The translations under genes and the position numbers were made by a program. 64,000 bases of DNA from NCBI GenBank assembly GCA_038816475.1, contig JAWBAI010000004.1:1-64000 (forward strand). The letters are read 5' to 3'. Shown in pieces: positions 50,357 through 60,013 of the stretch (positions within the stretch are counted from its first letter, which is position 1; every line of letters starts with the position of its first letter). A model generated the notes under the pieces. It ran no database searches. It was not told where the DNA came from and saw only the letters and a program-made list of their open reading frames with translations. The DNA comes from Desulfurococcaceae archaeon (GTDB lineage: Archaea; Thermoproteota; Thermoprotei_A; Sulfolobales; Desulfurococcaceae).

Positions 50357-50623
50357 CTAAGGCATTTGAGGTGGTTGTGGCATTGGCAACTGAATTGACG
50401 ATGTAATGTAAGATATGATCGCGAATACAGTCGTTCCCATGGCTAACCAGAAAGCAGCCCACAGGGCATCCTCGATCATCTTACTACCTGTCTTCTTAAC
50501 TTTCACGAACGGTAATGGTAAACCTTTTATTAACCAGCCGATAACCCAGGCGAGTAGAAAAACAAACCAAGCTATAATAACCACCATTGTTATTAAACCT
50601 TTGACAAACTCCACAACACTCAC
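50357..50623 (-). CDS. cedA1: CedA1 pilin-like protein
   Basis: AW..F.L.W..GW...G.P.P...VK..G...IEDA.WAAFW.A.G.TVF; start set at GTG 50623 after GGTGA SD. Confidence 0.88.
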   Translation of the reverse strand: MSVVEFVKGLITMVVIIAWFVFLLAWVIGWLIKGLPLPFVKVKKTGSKMIEDALWAAFWLAMGTTVFAIISYITSSIQLPMPQPPQMP

Positions 50624-50647
50624 TATTATCACCCACAATAATGAGCA

Positions 50648-50676
50648 TCTTAACTAGAGGAGAGAGTGGCGAAAGT
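50648..50676 (-). promoter_or_regulatory. candidate DNA-damage-responsive promoter (ANTTTC hexamer plus weak TATA) of the ced operon
   Basis: ACTTTC (50671-50676), 17-nt spacer, TTAAGA (50648-50653). Confidence 0.4.
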
Positions 50677-50695
50677 TACACAGCGGTGAACTGCT

Positions 50696-52624
50696 ATGAG
50701 AAAATTGTGGCCCGAAACGGTGAAAATCTACTGGGATCCTTGGCGCAACATACCTGTAGTAAAGCCAAAGCAGGAAGAACTAGACCTCTTCTATCAACTT
50801 AGATTAAGTGAACCGGGGGATGCAAGACCTGCTTTTCCTGGGGACCTAGAGAAAATAAAAGAAGCTATTGCATACGAGTTTGGAAGTACTAAGCTGTTCG
50901 ATCGCCTAGTGAAAGACCGCATAGTTCTGCTCAATAAGGTTCCACACTGGGATCTTATGTACGAAGTTGTAGTTTCAGGAAACGTCGTAGGGCAATTCTA
51001 CTACGATCCATACAAATGTAAGTGGAGATTCAGGTTAACTTACCAGGGCGCTTACACAGCTGTACAAAACAACCTTGTTGACACAATAAGAGGTGATCCC
51101 CCCTACTACGGCGGTAAAGTAGTAAGGGAGAAGTATAGCTCAAGTGCTAGAGAGCTCGTGCTGATCGATCATAAAGGTACTATAAGAGGAGTATGCGAAG
51201 TACTACCAACAGGCGAAGTGGTGATCGCAAAAACTTTTCATGATAAAACAGCGCCCGTGGAAACCAGTGATAAACCAGCATCAGTGCAAGATTTAGTAAA
51301 ATACAATGAAGAAGGTATCTTAACTCTAGAGGAGAAGTCAATCAACTACTTGAGAAGACTTTTCAACAGGTACTCTAGCCTTAGACCCGTAGTATCGTAT
51401 TCCGGTGGAAAAGATAGTCTCGTGGCACTAGATCTAGCTCATAGAGCATTCGGAGACCTTGACATTCTGTTCAATGATACCGGCTTGGAGATGCCTGAAA
51501 CCCTCTGCAATGTCGAATACGTGGCAAACTACTATGGTTATAAGTTATACGTAGCATCAGCCGGCGACATCTTCTGGAGAGCAGTAGATGTATTTGGTCC
51601 ACCCGGTAAGGATTACCGGTGGTGTTGTAAGGTAACTAAACTAGTACCTATTGCAAAGTTAACTAAGGCTGTATGGCTCAACGGAGGTCTCAACATAGTT
51701 GGTCAAAGAGCTTACGAGTCGCTAGATAGAGCATCAAGTCCTCTTGTCTGGAGGAACAAATGGATAAGGCACATGGTGAGTACAACGCCTATTCAGTACT
51801 GGAGTCAACTTTCAACGTGGATCTACATATTTAAGTACAATCTCCCGTATAACAAGCTCTATACATATGGATTCGACAGACTCGGATGTTTCATGTGCCC
51901 TTCATGCGCTTTAGCTGAATTTGAGGAAACCAAGAAGTTGTACCCAGATCTCTGGGGAAGATGGGAGCAAGTGCTGAGATCCTGGAAAAATAGAATGAAT
52001 ATGCCCGAGGAGTGGATAAAGCTTGGATTGTGGAGATGGCTTACGCCCGCTACTGCGAAGAAAAGGTTAACGCATCATGTTCCAGCATACTCAATGGACT
52101 GGAGAAAAGAGTACATGCAAAGACTCGAAAAGAGCAAGTCAAGCTTAACCCCCTTAGCTGTTGTGAAAGAAGGAGATAAGATCACAATACAGTTTAACAA
52201 GAACCTCCTACCAGAGGATCAAGTAGACGTATTTATCGCCAACATAGGAAGTTTAGGTTTCATCGTTGTTAGCAAAGAGCCACCTGTGTTCGAGAAGGGG
52301 AACGCTAGGTACATGATCAAGCACAACACCATTAATGTATCAAACTACAACGATGAACTGTTCGAAGACCTTGTCGACGTCCTGAAGGTCATTTATAGAA
52401 TGCATAACTGCGTTTACTGTGGTAGTTGTGTACTATGGACTAGAAAAGGTAGCGTTGCATTAACACCCAAGGGACCTATAGTAAAGAATGAATTGTCTGA
52501 AAGCGAGAAAAGAGCGTACATGGAAATATGCCCTATAAGCGATCAGCTCGTCGAGAAAGTAGTACTCTCTCTGCTACTTAATGATTACAGAGCGTTCAAG
52601 AGGAAGACGAGACGTAGGATTTAG
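50696..52624 (+). CDS. PAPS reductase-family (PP-loop) Fe-S protein
   Basis: SYSGGKDS, F.DTGLE, PP..DYRWCC...K, GQR..ES..R, GF.RLGC..CP, C-terminal CxxCxxC. Confidence 0.85.
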   Translation: MRKLWPETVKIYWDPWRNIPVVKPKQEELDLFYQLRLSEPGDARPAFPGDLEKIKEAIAYEFGSTKLFDRLVKDRIVLLNKVPHWDLMYEVVVSGNVVGQFYYDPYKCKWRFRLTYQGAYTAVQNNLVDTIRGDPPYYGGKVVREKYSSSARELVLIDHKGTIRGVCEVLPTGEVVIAKTFHDKTAPVETSDKPASVQDLVKYNEEGILTLEEKSINYLRRLFNRYSSLRPVVSYSGGKDSLVALDLAHRAFGDLDILFNDTGLEMPETLCNVEYVANYYGYKLYVASAGDIFWRAVDVFGPPGKDYRWCCKVTKLVPIAKLTKAVWLNGGLNIVGQRAYESLDRASSPLVWRNKWIRHMVSTTPIQYWSQLSTWIYIFKYNLPYNKLYTYGFDRLGCFMCPSCALAEFEETKKLYPDLWGRWEQVLRSWKNRMNMPEEWIKLGLWRWLTPATAKKRLTHHVPAYSMDWRKEYMQRLEKSKSSLTPLAVVKEGDKITIQFNKNLLPEDQVDVFIANIGSLGFIVVSKEPPVFEKGNARYMIKHNTINVSNYNDELFEDLVDVLKVIYRMHNCVYCGSCVLWTRKGSVALTPKGPIVKNELSESEKRAYMEICPISDQLVEKVVLSLLLNDYRAFKRKTRRRI

Positions 52625-52639
52625 CTGAAGAGCGTTATG

Positions 52640-55456
52640 CTACTCCTCTTCTTTGTCTGCAATATACTTCTTCACCATCAAGAACTTCTTCTCGCACTCA
52701 GCTACCTCGGATACAAGGTCAGCTCCTTGCTGAACTCTATTTATAATTCTGATCAATTCCTGCGTACCAACACCTCTACCAGCAAACGCCAATAACGCTT
52801 TTTCACCATGTCTGTAGAGAAGAACGGCTCTCTTAGCTAGATCCTCGTGTAGTCTACGCTCCTCAGGGTTGAGCTTTTTGCCTGATCTAAGCTTATTTAC
52901 AACCTCCATTTCTTTTGTTAAATCACCTTTAACCATAGTTAACGTAGCTAAACCGCATTTGGGACACGAGTAATTAGATAAACTCATGAAGTCCTTTACA
53001 GCTCCTTCTTTATGGAACCCGCAATTAATGCATAACAAGGTTATTCTTCTCTTGAGCAGTCTCTCGTAGTAGCTCGAAGTATCGAATAGCGTTACATCAA
53101 GTAATTTTGGTATTTCTATGTAATTTAATTGTACAATATGGTGTTTGTTGAGCGTATCGTAAACTCTGAACTCCACTTTGACAATATTCTTTTTTATCTT
53201 ATCCGCCAGCTCCTTGAAAGAATCTATATCGTAGTCTCTTGTTAAGACTTCTCTTAGAGCTTCTTTACCTATGATAGTGTTTACGTACGCTTCAATGAGT
53301 TTTCTACTGATCTTAGTTTCAGGGGTTATTGCTCCAAATCTTTGAGCCACCTGGTATATTCTCCAAAGACACGTAGTGCTCTCTACTGCGATTTTTTCTA
53401 TGAAACTCCTACTTGTATACTCATATAGCTTAGCAATTTTGTTGTAGATCAAGCTTTTTGCGAATTCCGTGGATACCGGATCTTCGAACTTGACTACTAT
53501 AGTGTACGGAGTAGCGTAAACATGGAATTTAACCTGTGGATATGTGGACTTAATAGTGTACTTTAGGAAGTCTTTAATCAGGTTATTGAGCCTAGATCCA
53601 CCGTACAAATTGATTAATACTAAACCAGGTCTCCGTACATAATCAACGTATACTACGTGGCTATCCCCAAGCTCAGCGGCTTGTTCACATGCGATGTTGC
53701 CATCTACAAGTTTTCTTAGGTGTTCGGGAGGGTTTCCGTTCTCCTTGATGTACTTCACGGCTTTTCCTACTTCATAAGCAACATGGTAATCCACAGGTAT
53801 GTTCTCACCTTCCCAGTGTGGTATAATGGCTACCTCGGGATCAGCTTTGGCTGGTTCAACGTACAGCTTACCTTCTGCATCGTCGTACCCTACAACTCTC
53901 CAGGGTTTACCAGCTAGTACCAGGAGGTCCCCTGGATTAAGGTAGAGTACTACGTATTCCTCGTCTAAGCTACCAACTCTTTCTGCTTTATCAACAGAGA
54001 CTACGTTTATTTCTCTACTAGACGGTATCATTGACACCTTGTAGAGGTATAACCTGGTTTTCCTCGTAGGATAAAGCAGGTTTTTCTCTAGTTTTACCAC
54101 CCGTGTATATGCTAAGTAGTTTATGGTCTCACTATAGTCTTCTTTTGTTAAGTTGGAGTAGAGAGGATACTTCACCAGTTCTTCGTAGAGCATGTCAACG
54201 TCAACTCCACCTGGATTTATGAAGGTGAAAAGTGCTATGGCGTACGCTAATACGTCGAGTGGAGTATTGGAAATAAGCTCATGCTCTAAGAAGCCCTCCT
54301 TGGCTTTCAGAGCTATAATACTAGATTCAAGTAGATGGAGCAGGTTAGATGTTGATACTATTGCGCCTCTACTCACTTCTTCTATTCTATGACGACTTCT
54401 CCCGATTCTCTGAACAAGCCTAACTACCTGTCGTGGAGACATGTACTGAACAACATAGTTTACATGCCCTATATCTATTCCAAGCTCTAAACTCGAAGTA
54501 GCAATTAAGGCGTTAAGCTTCCTATGCTTGAAGTCTAATTCTACTTTCTCTCTGTGAGCTTTAGAAAGGCTTCCGTGATGAACCTCCAAGCTAATATCTA
54601 AACCATGTTTTTCAGATAAGCTTTTCATCAGAGCTCCTAACCTTTCGGCTAAACTCCTGGTGTTTGTAAAAACTAGTACATGCTTCTCACTCTCAATAGC
54701 CTTGAACAAAGTTTCCAATCTGGCGGCGAGTTGAAGATCAGTAACGTCTTTGTTCAAAGCTTCGCAGAACTCACTACTACATACCGGCACTACTACCTTA
54801 ACATCCATGCTTCTAGTAGACGCATCCCTCAGCACTATAATGTTATTGTTGTACGGGTCGAGGAGTCTTTTCGCATATTCCTCGGCTTTGCTACTCAAAG
54901 TCGCTGTTAGGGCTATCTTTGTAAGCTTTTTACCTAAGTATTTCTCGAGAAAGTAAATATTGGTGAGAAGAAGTAATCCACGTTTACTCTCAAGAAGATC
55001 CCTAAACTCGTCTAACACAATGTACTCCAGATTTACTAGATGTTTTCTAGTTTCATCGTTTATCACTATGTAGTTAAAGGTCTCAGGTGTGGTTACAAGT
55101 ATGTGTGGAGGAGCTTGAGCTATTAGTTTTCTTACGTGTTGTGGCGTATCTCCGTGTCTTATAGCTACCTGTAGACCAAAGCACTTGCTTATTCTTTCAA
55201 GTCTACTCGCTATATCCCTATTCAGAGCTCTCAACGGTGTAATGTACAGGACAGCTGTGGGCTTGAGCTTTCTCAGAGATACCTTAAGCATTACAGGAAA
55301 CATAGCAGCCTCCGTCTTACCGCTACCTGTTGGTGCAACGATTATGAACGAGCCTGTGCTTTTGTAAATCTCGCGCAGGCTTCTTCTCTGAATTTCCGTG
55401 AGGTTTTTGTACCCGAGTTCTTTTAGGCAGACAGCTATTTTGTTAATATCCTCCAT
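52640..55456 (-). CDS. lhr: Lhr-family SF2 helicase
   Basis: APTGSGKTEAA, YITPLRALNRD, RHGDTP, TTPET, HHGSLS, TSSLELGIDIG, QRIGRSRH, IP.WEGE, C-terminal Zn finger. Confidence 0.92.
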   Translation of the reverse strand: MEDINKIAVCLKELGYKNLTEIQRRSLREIYKSTGSFIIVAPTGSGKTEAAMFPVMLKVSLRKLKPTAVLYITPLRALNRDIASRLERISKCFGLQVAIRHGDTPQHVRKLIAQAPPHILVTTPETFNYIVINDETRKHLVNLEYIVLDEFRDLLESKRGLLLLTNIYFLEKYLGKKLTKIALTATLSSKAEEYAKRLLDPYNNNIIVLRDASTRSMDVKVVVPVCSSEFCEALNKDVTDLQLAARLETLFKAIESEKHVLVFTNTRSLAERLGALMKSLSEKHGLDISLEVHHGSLSKAHREKVELDFKHRKLNALIATSSLELGIDIGHVNYVVQYMSPRQVVRLVQRIGRSRHRIEEVSRGAIVSTSNLLHLLESSIIALKAKEGFLEHELISNTPLDVLAYAIALFTFINPGGVDVDMLYEELVKYPLYSNLTKEDYSETINYLAYTRVVKLEKNLLYPTRKTRLYLYKVSMIPSSREINVVSVDKAERVGSLDEEYVVLYLNPGDLLVLAGKPWRVVGYDDAEGKLYVEPAKADPEVAIIPHWEGENIPVDYHVAYEVGKAVKYIKENGNPPEHLRKLVDGNIACEQAAELGDSHVVYVDYVRRPGLVLINLYGGSRLNNLIKDFLKYTIKSTYPQVKFHVYATPYTIVVKFEDPVSTEFAKSLIYNKIAKLYEYTSRSFIEKIAVESTTCLWRIYQVAQRFGAITPETKISRKLIEAYVNTIIGKEALREVLTRDYDIDSFKELADKIKKNIVKVEFRVYDTLNKHHIVQLNYIEIPKLLDVTLFDTSSYYERLLKRRITLLCINCGFHKEGAVKDFMSLSNYSCPKCGLATLTMVKGDLTKEMEVVNKLRSGKKLNPEERRLHEDLAKRAVLLYRHGEKALLAFAGRGVGTQELIRIINRVQQGADLVSEVAECEKKFLMVKKYIADKEEE

Positions 55457-55546
55457 ACACGTATGCCAAGATTAAAATCTCGCTAGGAATAGATATTATA
55501 CACTGGGTTATATCATCAAGTACAATCGGAGCACAAGGCACACCAT

Positions 55547-57454
55547 ATGAGCTTAAATAATGAAGTTAGAAGGCACTTATTCGCCGTGTATGTGTTGTGG
55601 TTTTTCAACTGTATACTGTACTTTCTGTCTTCTGGTCCACTGAAACCCACACTGACGCTTCGAGGTATAAGCTTATTCGACCTGCTAAGCTACTCGAGGG
55701 TTCTAAACCAAGCAGTAGAGTTCGTAGGATATCTCATCGTATCCTTGATTCATCTTATCGCATCTCTTGCAATAACCAGGAATATAGTATTAGCATTGAT
55801 GAACCGTGCGCTTTTAATCGTTCAGCTCTCTCTGCTCGGTTTCGACCGTATAAGCTACGGTGTTTTAATTCGCGAGTTTGCAATACTGGTATTTGCTTTG
55901 TTTATACTGAGGGTAATATCACATGGTTCTATACCAAAACTTAGTACTATTGACCTGTTCATTGGTTTGAAGAATTTAGTAAGTAGTGTAGTTCGAGATA
56001 AAGAGAGTAGAGTGAAGATTGATGCGGTTGTTTACATGCTTTCTCTACACAGTTTAGCACTATCTCTTCTCATACTATGGACGTTCTCATATACAAGCGT
56101 ACAGGATTTATATGCGATGGGAGGTGTACTGATGATCTTATTTGCGATAATACCTTTACTTCAAATAGGTCTTTTAACTGTGATCTCAAGAAGCATGGAG
56201 CAATCGTCCTTAATTCTTCTAATGAGCGCTATTTCCGGTACAGGACTTCTAGGTACAATACCAATGCTGATGTCCATCGGTTACGTAGGTTCATCACGCT
56301 TACAATCAGTACACGCGAAATTCACTAAGTTGAAATCCACTGGCTTATACATGGGTACAGTGTTAGCAGAGCTTACAAGTAAAAAAACGCTGGAGAAGGA
56401 GGAGTGGTATTGGAGCAGTAAATCGTTTCCTCTCTACCTGGATTTCGATAAGCTTAACACACCGCACGTCATAATCATAGGGTCGTCTGGAACCGGTAAA
56501 ACAACCCTGGCCAAACACATAGTTCAGGAAGCAAAGAGAAAGTACAATTACAACGTAATTATAATAGACTTACACGGCGAATACCATGATTTACAAGATG
56601 AGCTAGGGCTTAAGATAATAGATGCCTCAAGCTGTGGCGTAAATCCACTTGCACTAGGAAATGCTTCACCAAAAGATAGAGCGATGCAGGTAGCGCACAT
56701 AATATCTACGATATTTGATCTTGGACCACTTCAAAGGAGAATGATTGAAGAGGTGATAATGGAAGCTTACAACCTACGTGGTATAAATCAAAGAGATCCA
56801 ACCACCTGGAGCAGAGATCCGCCCACGCTCCAAGAGCTCGTAGAGGTTTGCAAGAGACTTATCAAAGAGAATTTCGAGTACAGCCGTATCATACCCTACT
56901 TGGAAATGCTAAGTGAAAATCTGAGTACGGAGTGTTGGCTAAGCGTAGACAGCGTTCTCGAACAGGACAGCCTTATAGATCTAAGCAGAGTAGCTAGCGA
57001 TTTCGCGAAAACGATCTTCATAGATACGTTAATGTATCTTCTACTGAACAGAATGTACACTATGGGTAAGAGAAAAATACAGTTGTTATTAGACGAGGCA
57101 AGAAGTTTGATGCCTAGAGCTGTAACACGAGAGATCATCAGTAGGCTATTTGTGGAGAGTAGGAAATTTGGATTTTCATTAATCGTAATCTCGCAGGAGA
57201 TAGGTAAAATACCTCGAGATTTCGTTAACAATGCCGGGGCACGCGTGTTCTTTTTACTAAATGATCCGAAAAGCGTTGAAGAAGCATCAAAAATACTCAG
57301 TGGAACAAGTCTCAGGGATAAAGTGTCTATAGTAGCTGAGGCGCTTAGAACTCTTAGGCAACATACATACTTAATTCACATTACAGGCTTAAACAAGGTG
57401 TATATTGTCAGCTCGCCTATTGAATCAGAAGAGCATAAAAATAAGTATGGCTAA
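55547..57454 (+). CDS. membrane-anchored HerA/VirD4-like ATPase (CedD-like candidate)
   Basis: about 7-8 N-terminal TM helices; PH.II.GSSGTGKT, IIDLHGEY, PPTL, LLLDEAR, ESRKFG...ISQ, NN. Confidence 0.8.
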   Translation: MSLNNEVRRHLFAVYVLWFFNCILYFLSSGPLKPTLTLRGISLFDLLSYSRVLNQAVEFVGYLIVSLIHLIASLAITRNIVLALMNRALLIVQLSLLGFDRISYGVLIREFAILVFALFILRVISHGSIPKLSTIDLFIGLKNLVSSVVRDKESRVKIDAVVYMLSLHSLALSLLILWTFSYTSVQDLYAMGGVLMILFAIIPLLQIGLLTVISRSMEQSSLILLMSAISGTGLLGTIPMLMSIGYVGSSRLQSVHAKFTKLKSTGLYMGTVLAELTSKKTLEKEEWYWSSKSFPLYLDFDKLNTPHVIIIGSSGTGKTTLAKHIVQEAKRKYNYNVIIIDLHGEYHDLQDELGLKIIDASSCGVNPLALGNASPKDRAMQVAHIISTIFDLGPLQRRMIEEVIMEAYNLRGINQRDPTTWSRDPPTLQELVEVCKRLIKENFEYSRIIPYLEMLSENLSTECWLSVDSVLEQDSLIDLSRVASDFAKTIFIDTLMYLLLNRMYTMGKRKIQLLLDEARSLMPRAVTREIISRLFVESRKFGFSLIVISQEIGKIPRDFVNNAGARVFFLLNDPKSVEEASKILSGTSLRDKVSIVAEALRTLRQHTYLIHITGLNKVYIVSSPIESEEHKNKYG

Positions 57455-57519
57455 TTGTTGAACCATTAGTAGATACTGTTTATTAAGAAATTCCAGACTA
57501 TGTGTTTAAGGTGACTTCG

Positions 57520-57816
57520 ATGCTTTTCTACGAGGAAGAGTATAGGAGCGAGGATGAGGAGGCTCGTGGAGAAAAGGAAGAAACGGTCATTGAAGAAGAG
57601 GAAGGAGAACTAGTTGTTGAGCAGTTGAAATTACTAGTAAAAGTGTCCAGAACATGGCAACAAGTACTCCAGGGTCGAGAATCCGTAGATGCTTTAAAAT
57701 CTCTATATAAACCGGCGACGAAGCCTGTTCGCGTGTCAACTACGGCTGAAAGAAAAGCTAAAACTACCAGGAAGAAGCCCCAGTCTAAATCCCGAAGAAG
57801 GTCTAAGCCAAGTTAG
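57520..57816 (+). CDS. rpo13: RNA polymerase subunit Rpo13
   Basis: acidic N-terminus, L......LL.....W..LL.G..SV..LK-like helical core, Lys/Arg-rich tail; ATG 57520 after GGTGA; lhr/PCNA neighbourhood. Confidence 0.75.
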   Translation: MLFYEEEYRSEDEEARGEKEETVIEEEEGELVVEQLKLLVKVSRTWQQVLQGRESVDALKSLYKPATKPVRVSTTAERKAKTTRKKPQSKSRRRSKPS

Positions 57817-58193
57817 AACTCCTTGTACTCGAATAGCACTTCGGAATAGCCAATCTCGTTAAGTGCTTTTACTAAAAGCTCCCTCGGCATTTTTTTATCA
57901 AATACGAACTCGACTATTTTATTATCTCCGTTTTTTATCAATTTAATCTTCTGAACTACAGTTCTTCCACGGATCGATTCAGCGATATCCTTAGGAACAA
58001 CTAAATAGCTTTCATATCTTCTTTTTGCTAAACCGTAGTACTCGTCGAAGTTTTCAATTATTCTCTTCGCTTCTTCGAGGTCTTTTGTAATACCGTGTAT
58101 TGATATAATGGACTCAACGAGCTTTACTGCGAGATGTTGTTCAAGTTTTACATGAAAGCACTTTGCTAGGTCTACCTCTACTGTAATTTTCAT
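57813..58193 (-). CDS. hypothetical protein
   Basis: 126-aa ORF, ATG with SD-like GGAAGGG, fills the gap; no motif recognised. Confidence 0.65.
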   Translation of the reverse strand: MKITVEVDLAKCFHVKLEQHLAVKLVESIISIHGITKDLEEAKRIIENFDEYYGLAKRRYESYLVVPKDIAESIRGRTVVQKIKLIKNGDNKIVEFVFDKKMPRELLVKALNEIGYSEVLFEYKEF

Positions 58194-58252
58194 CTTAAGA
58201 CCCTTCCAACTTATATATCAGAAGTTTTGTAAGCCTATATTAAGGGGATACG

Positions 58253-59005
58253 GTGTTTAAGGTTCAGTACCCTAATGCAAGCAAGTTAAAGCAGGTAGTT
58301 CAAGCGCTGGCTAAGATCAGCGACGAACTTCAACTACAGGTAACTCTTGAGGCATTTAACTTAATGGCTTTATCTCCAGATAAAACCATGATGGCTGTAT
58401 TAACTCTACCTAACCTTGTATTTGAAGAGTACAGCGTTGAAGAAGAAACAACGATATTAGTGCCTGCAATAGAGCTTAAAAGAGTTATTAGGAGAACTAC
58501 AAGAAACGACATAATGCAGATATCCGTGAACAAAGAGACGAACGAGCTAATTATAGTTCTCCGCGATAGAAAGAGTGGGCTTGAGAGAGAACTCGCCGTG
58601 CCAATAATCCCTAGACCTCCTGAGCCTGTTCCTGAACTAGAGCTAGAGCTCTCCGTAACATTTGCAATGCTGAGTCAAGATCTAAAGAACATTGTGGGAG
58701 ACTTAAAACTCGTAGGTGAAGAAGCGACCTTCATCTACGAACCTGGGAAAATAGTCATTAGGTCAACGGAGCAGCGCAAAGAGTACACGTGTGAACTTCG
58801 AGAAGGAAACCCGCTCACAATTCTATCCTCGGCTGTGGAAAGAGCGCAATCTACTTATGGTACTGACATGCTAGTGGCGATCGCAAAAGTAGCTAGCGCA
58901 TCGAAGCAGGTGATAGTATCGTTCGATACTGGTAAACCCATGAAGGTAGAATACGAGCTTGCAGGCGGAGGCAGACTCGTGTACTGGATTGTACCACGCG
59001 TGTAG
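58253..59005 (+). CDS. pcn: DNA polymerase sliding clamp PCNA (one crenarchaeal paralogue)
   Basis: DE, ALSPDKT.M, F..Y, STY, P....Y.L.GGG.L.YWI.PR. Confidence 0.9.
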   Translation: MFKVQYPNASKLKQVVQALAKISDELQLQVTLEAFNLMALSPDKTMMAVLTLPNLVFEEYSVEEETTILVPAIELKRVIRRTTRNDIMQISVNKETNELIIVLRDRKSGLERELAVPIIPRPPEPVPELELELSVTFAMLSQDLKNIVGDLKLVGEEATFIYEPGKIVIRSTEQRKEYTCELREGNPLTILSSAVERAQSTYGTDMLVAIAKVASASKQVIVSFDTGKPMKVEYELAGGGRLVYWIVPRV

Positions 59006-59007
59006 TA

Positions 59008-59307
59008 CTACTTGGTTTTCGAGTGAAGACTTTTTCCTTCAAGTAGAGATGTTAACTCCTCCATTAACTTTTCTCTCTCTTCTAAGCTCATACCTTTAAT
59101 GCGCTGAGTAGGGGATTTAAGTGGTGATTTGAAGATCCATGCAGGGTTTTTGCAAGTTGTCATCCAGTATGGACATGCAACGCAACAGTGCGGATCAACG
59201 GCGAGTTCAGGGAATAGTGAGCAGGTCTTTGTGGGGTTGTGCAATCCACACAAGTCGCATCTATCCCAGTATATCGTCAAACTATTCACCACTACACAAT
59301 AAACCAA
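59008..59307 (-). CDS. small Cys-rich hypothetical protein
   Basis: CDLC, C, HCCxxC, C; probable start TTG 59280 after GGTGA. Confidence 0.65.
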   Translation of the reverse strand: MVYCVVVNSLTIYWDRCDLCGLHNPTKTCSLFPELAVDPHCCVACPYWMTTCKNPAWIFKSPLKSPTQRIKGMSLEEREKLMEELTSLLEGKSLHSKTK

Positions 59308-59422
59308 TAGTAGGCTTTTAAGAGCTTTTAGTTGTTAACGTATATGATAAACGTATGGACAGTATATACCCGTATATTACCTCTGACATCATAGTGTAAT
59401 ATGCAGGTACTAGTTAGTTCAG

Positions 59423-60013
59423 GTGTGCTATTTGCTTTATGAAATAGTTTTTCATGGTAGAGGAGGTCAGGGTGCTGTAACAGCGTCGAATATTTTGGTT
59501 CAAGCGGCGATATTTGAGAACCTCTATGGACAGAGCTTTCCATTCTTTGGTGCTGAGAGAAGAGGTGCACCTGTTGTAGCTTATGCAAGAATAAGTGACA
59601 AACCTATTCTAAGGCATAGTAACATAAGAGAAGCAGATGTTGTTGTTGTGCTGGATAGTAGTTTACTTAAGTTGGGCGTAGTAAGGAAAACACGAATAAA
59701 AAATAACGGAATTCTTATTGTTAACACCGAAGAGAGCACCGTTGATAAGACATGGTTTAGCAGCGAAGACGTTGTTCGGGTTTACGTCGTCAACGCCACA
59801 AAAATAGCTATAGAACTGGGGCTTGTTTTAGCAGGATGGCCTCTAGTGAATACACCTATGCTGGGTGCAATTTCAAAAGCCCTGGGAATCATCTCCATGA
59901 ATAGCGTAGAGAAAGCTATTATTGAATACTTTGGTGAAAAAGCTGGAAGGAAAAACGTTGAAGCAGCATTTAGAGCTTACAACGAAACCAAGTATTTGGG
60001 TGAGGTGATCTAA
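59423..60013 (+). CDS. porG: second POR/VOR-type gamma subunit
   Basis: EIVFHGRGGQGAVT, PFFGAERRGAPV, NT.MLGA. Confidence 0.92.
   Translation: MCYLLYEIVFHGRGGQGAVTASNILVQAAIFENLYGQSFPFFGAERRGAPVVAYARISDKPILRHSNIREADVVVVLDSSLLKLGVVRKTRIKNNGILIVNTEESTVDKTWFSSEDVVRVYVVNATKIAIELGLVLAGWPLVNTPMLGAISKALGIISMNSVEKAIIEYFGEKAGRKNVEAAFRAYNETKYLGEVI

Noticed and set aside
50696-52624. PAPS reductase-like gene as DndC/SspD phosphorothioation system
   Set aside because: No other dnd/ssp genes or cysteine desulfurase nearby; architecture fits the common archaeal PAPS-reductase-like family
47162-57454. Integrated conjugative plasmid or element
   Set aside because: No integrase, relaxase, att repeats or replication gene; genes match chromosomal Ced and are interleaved with core genes
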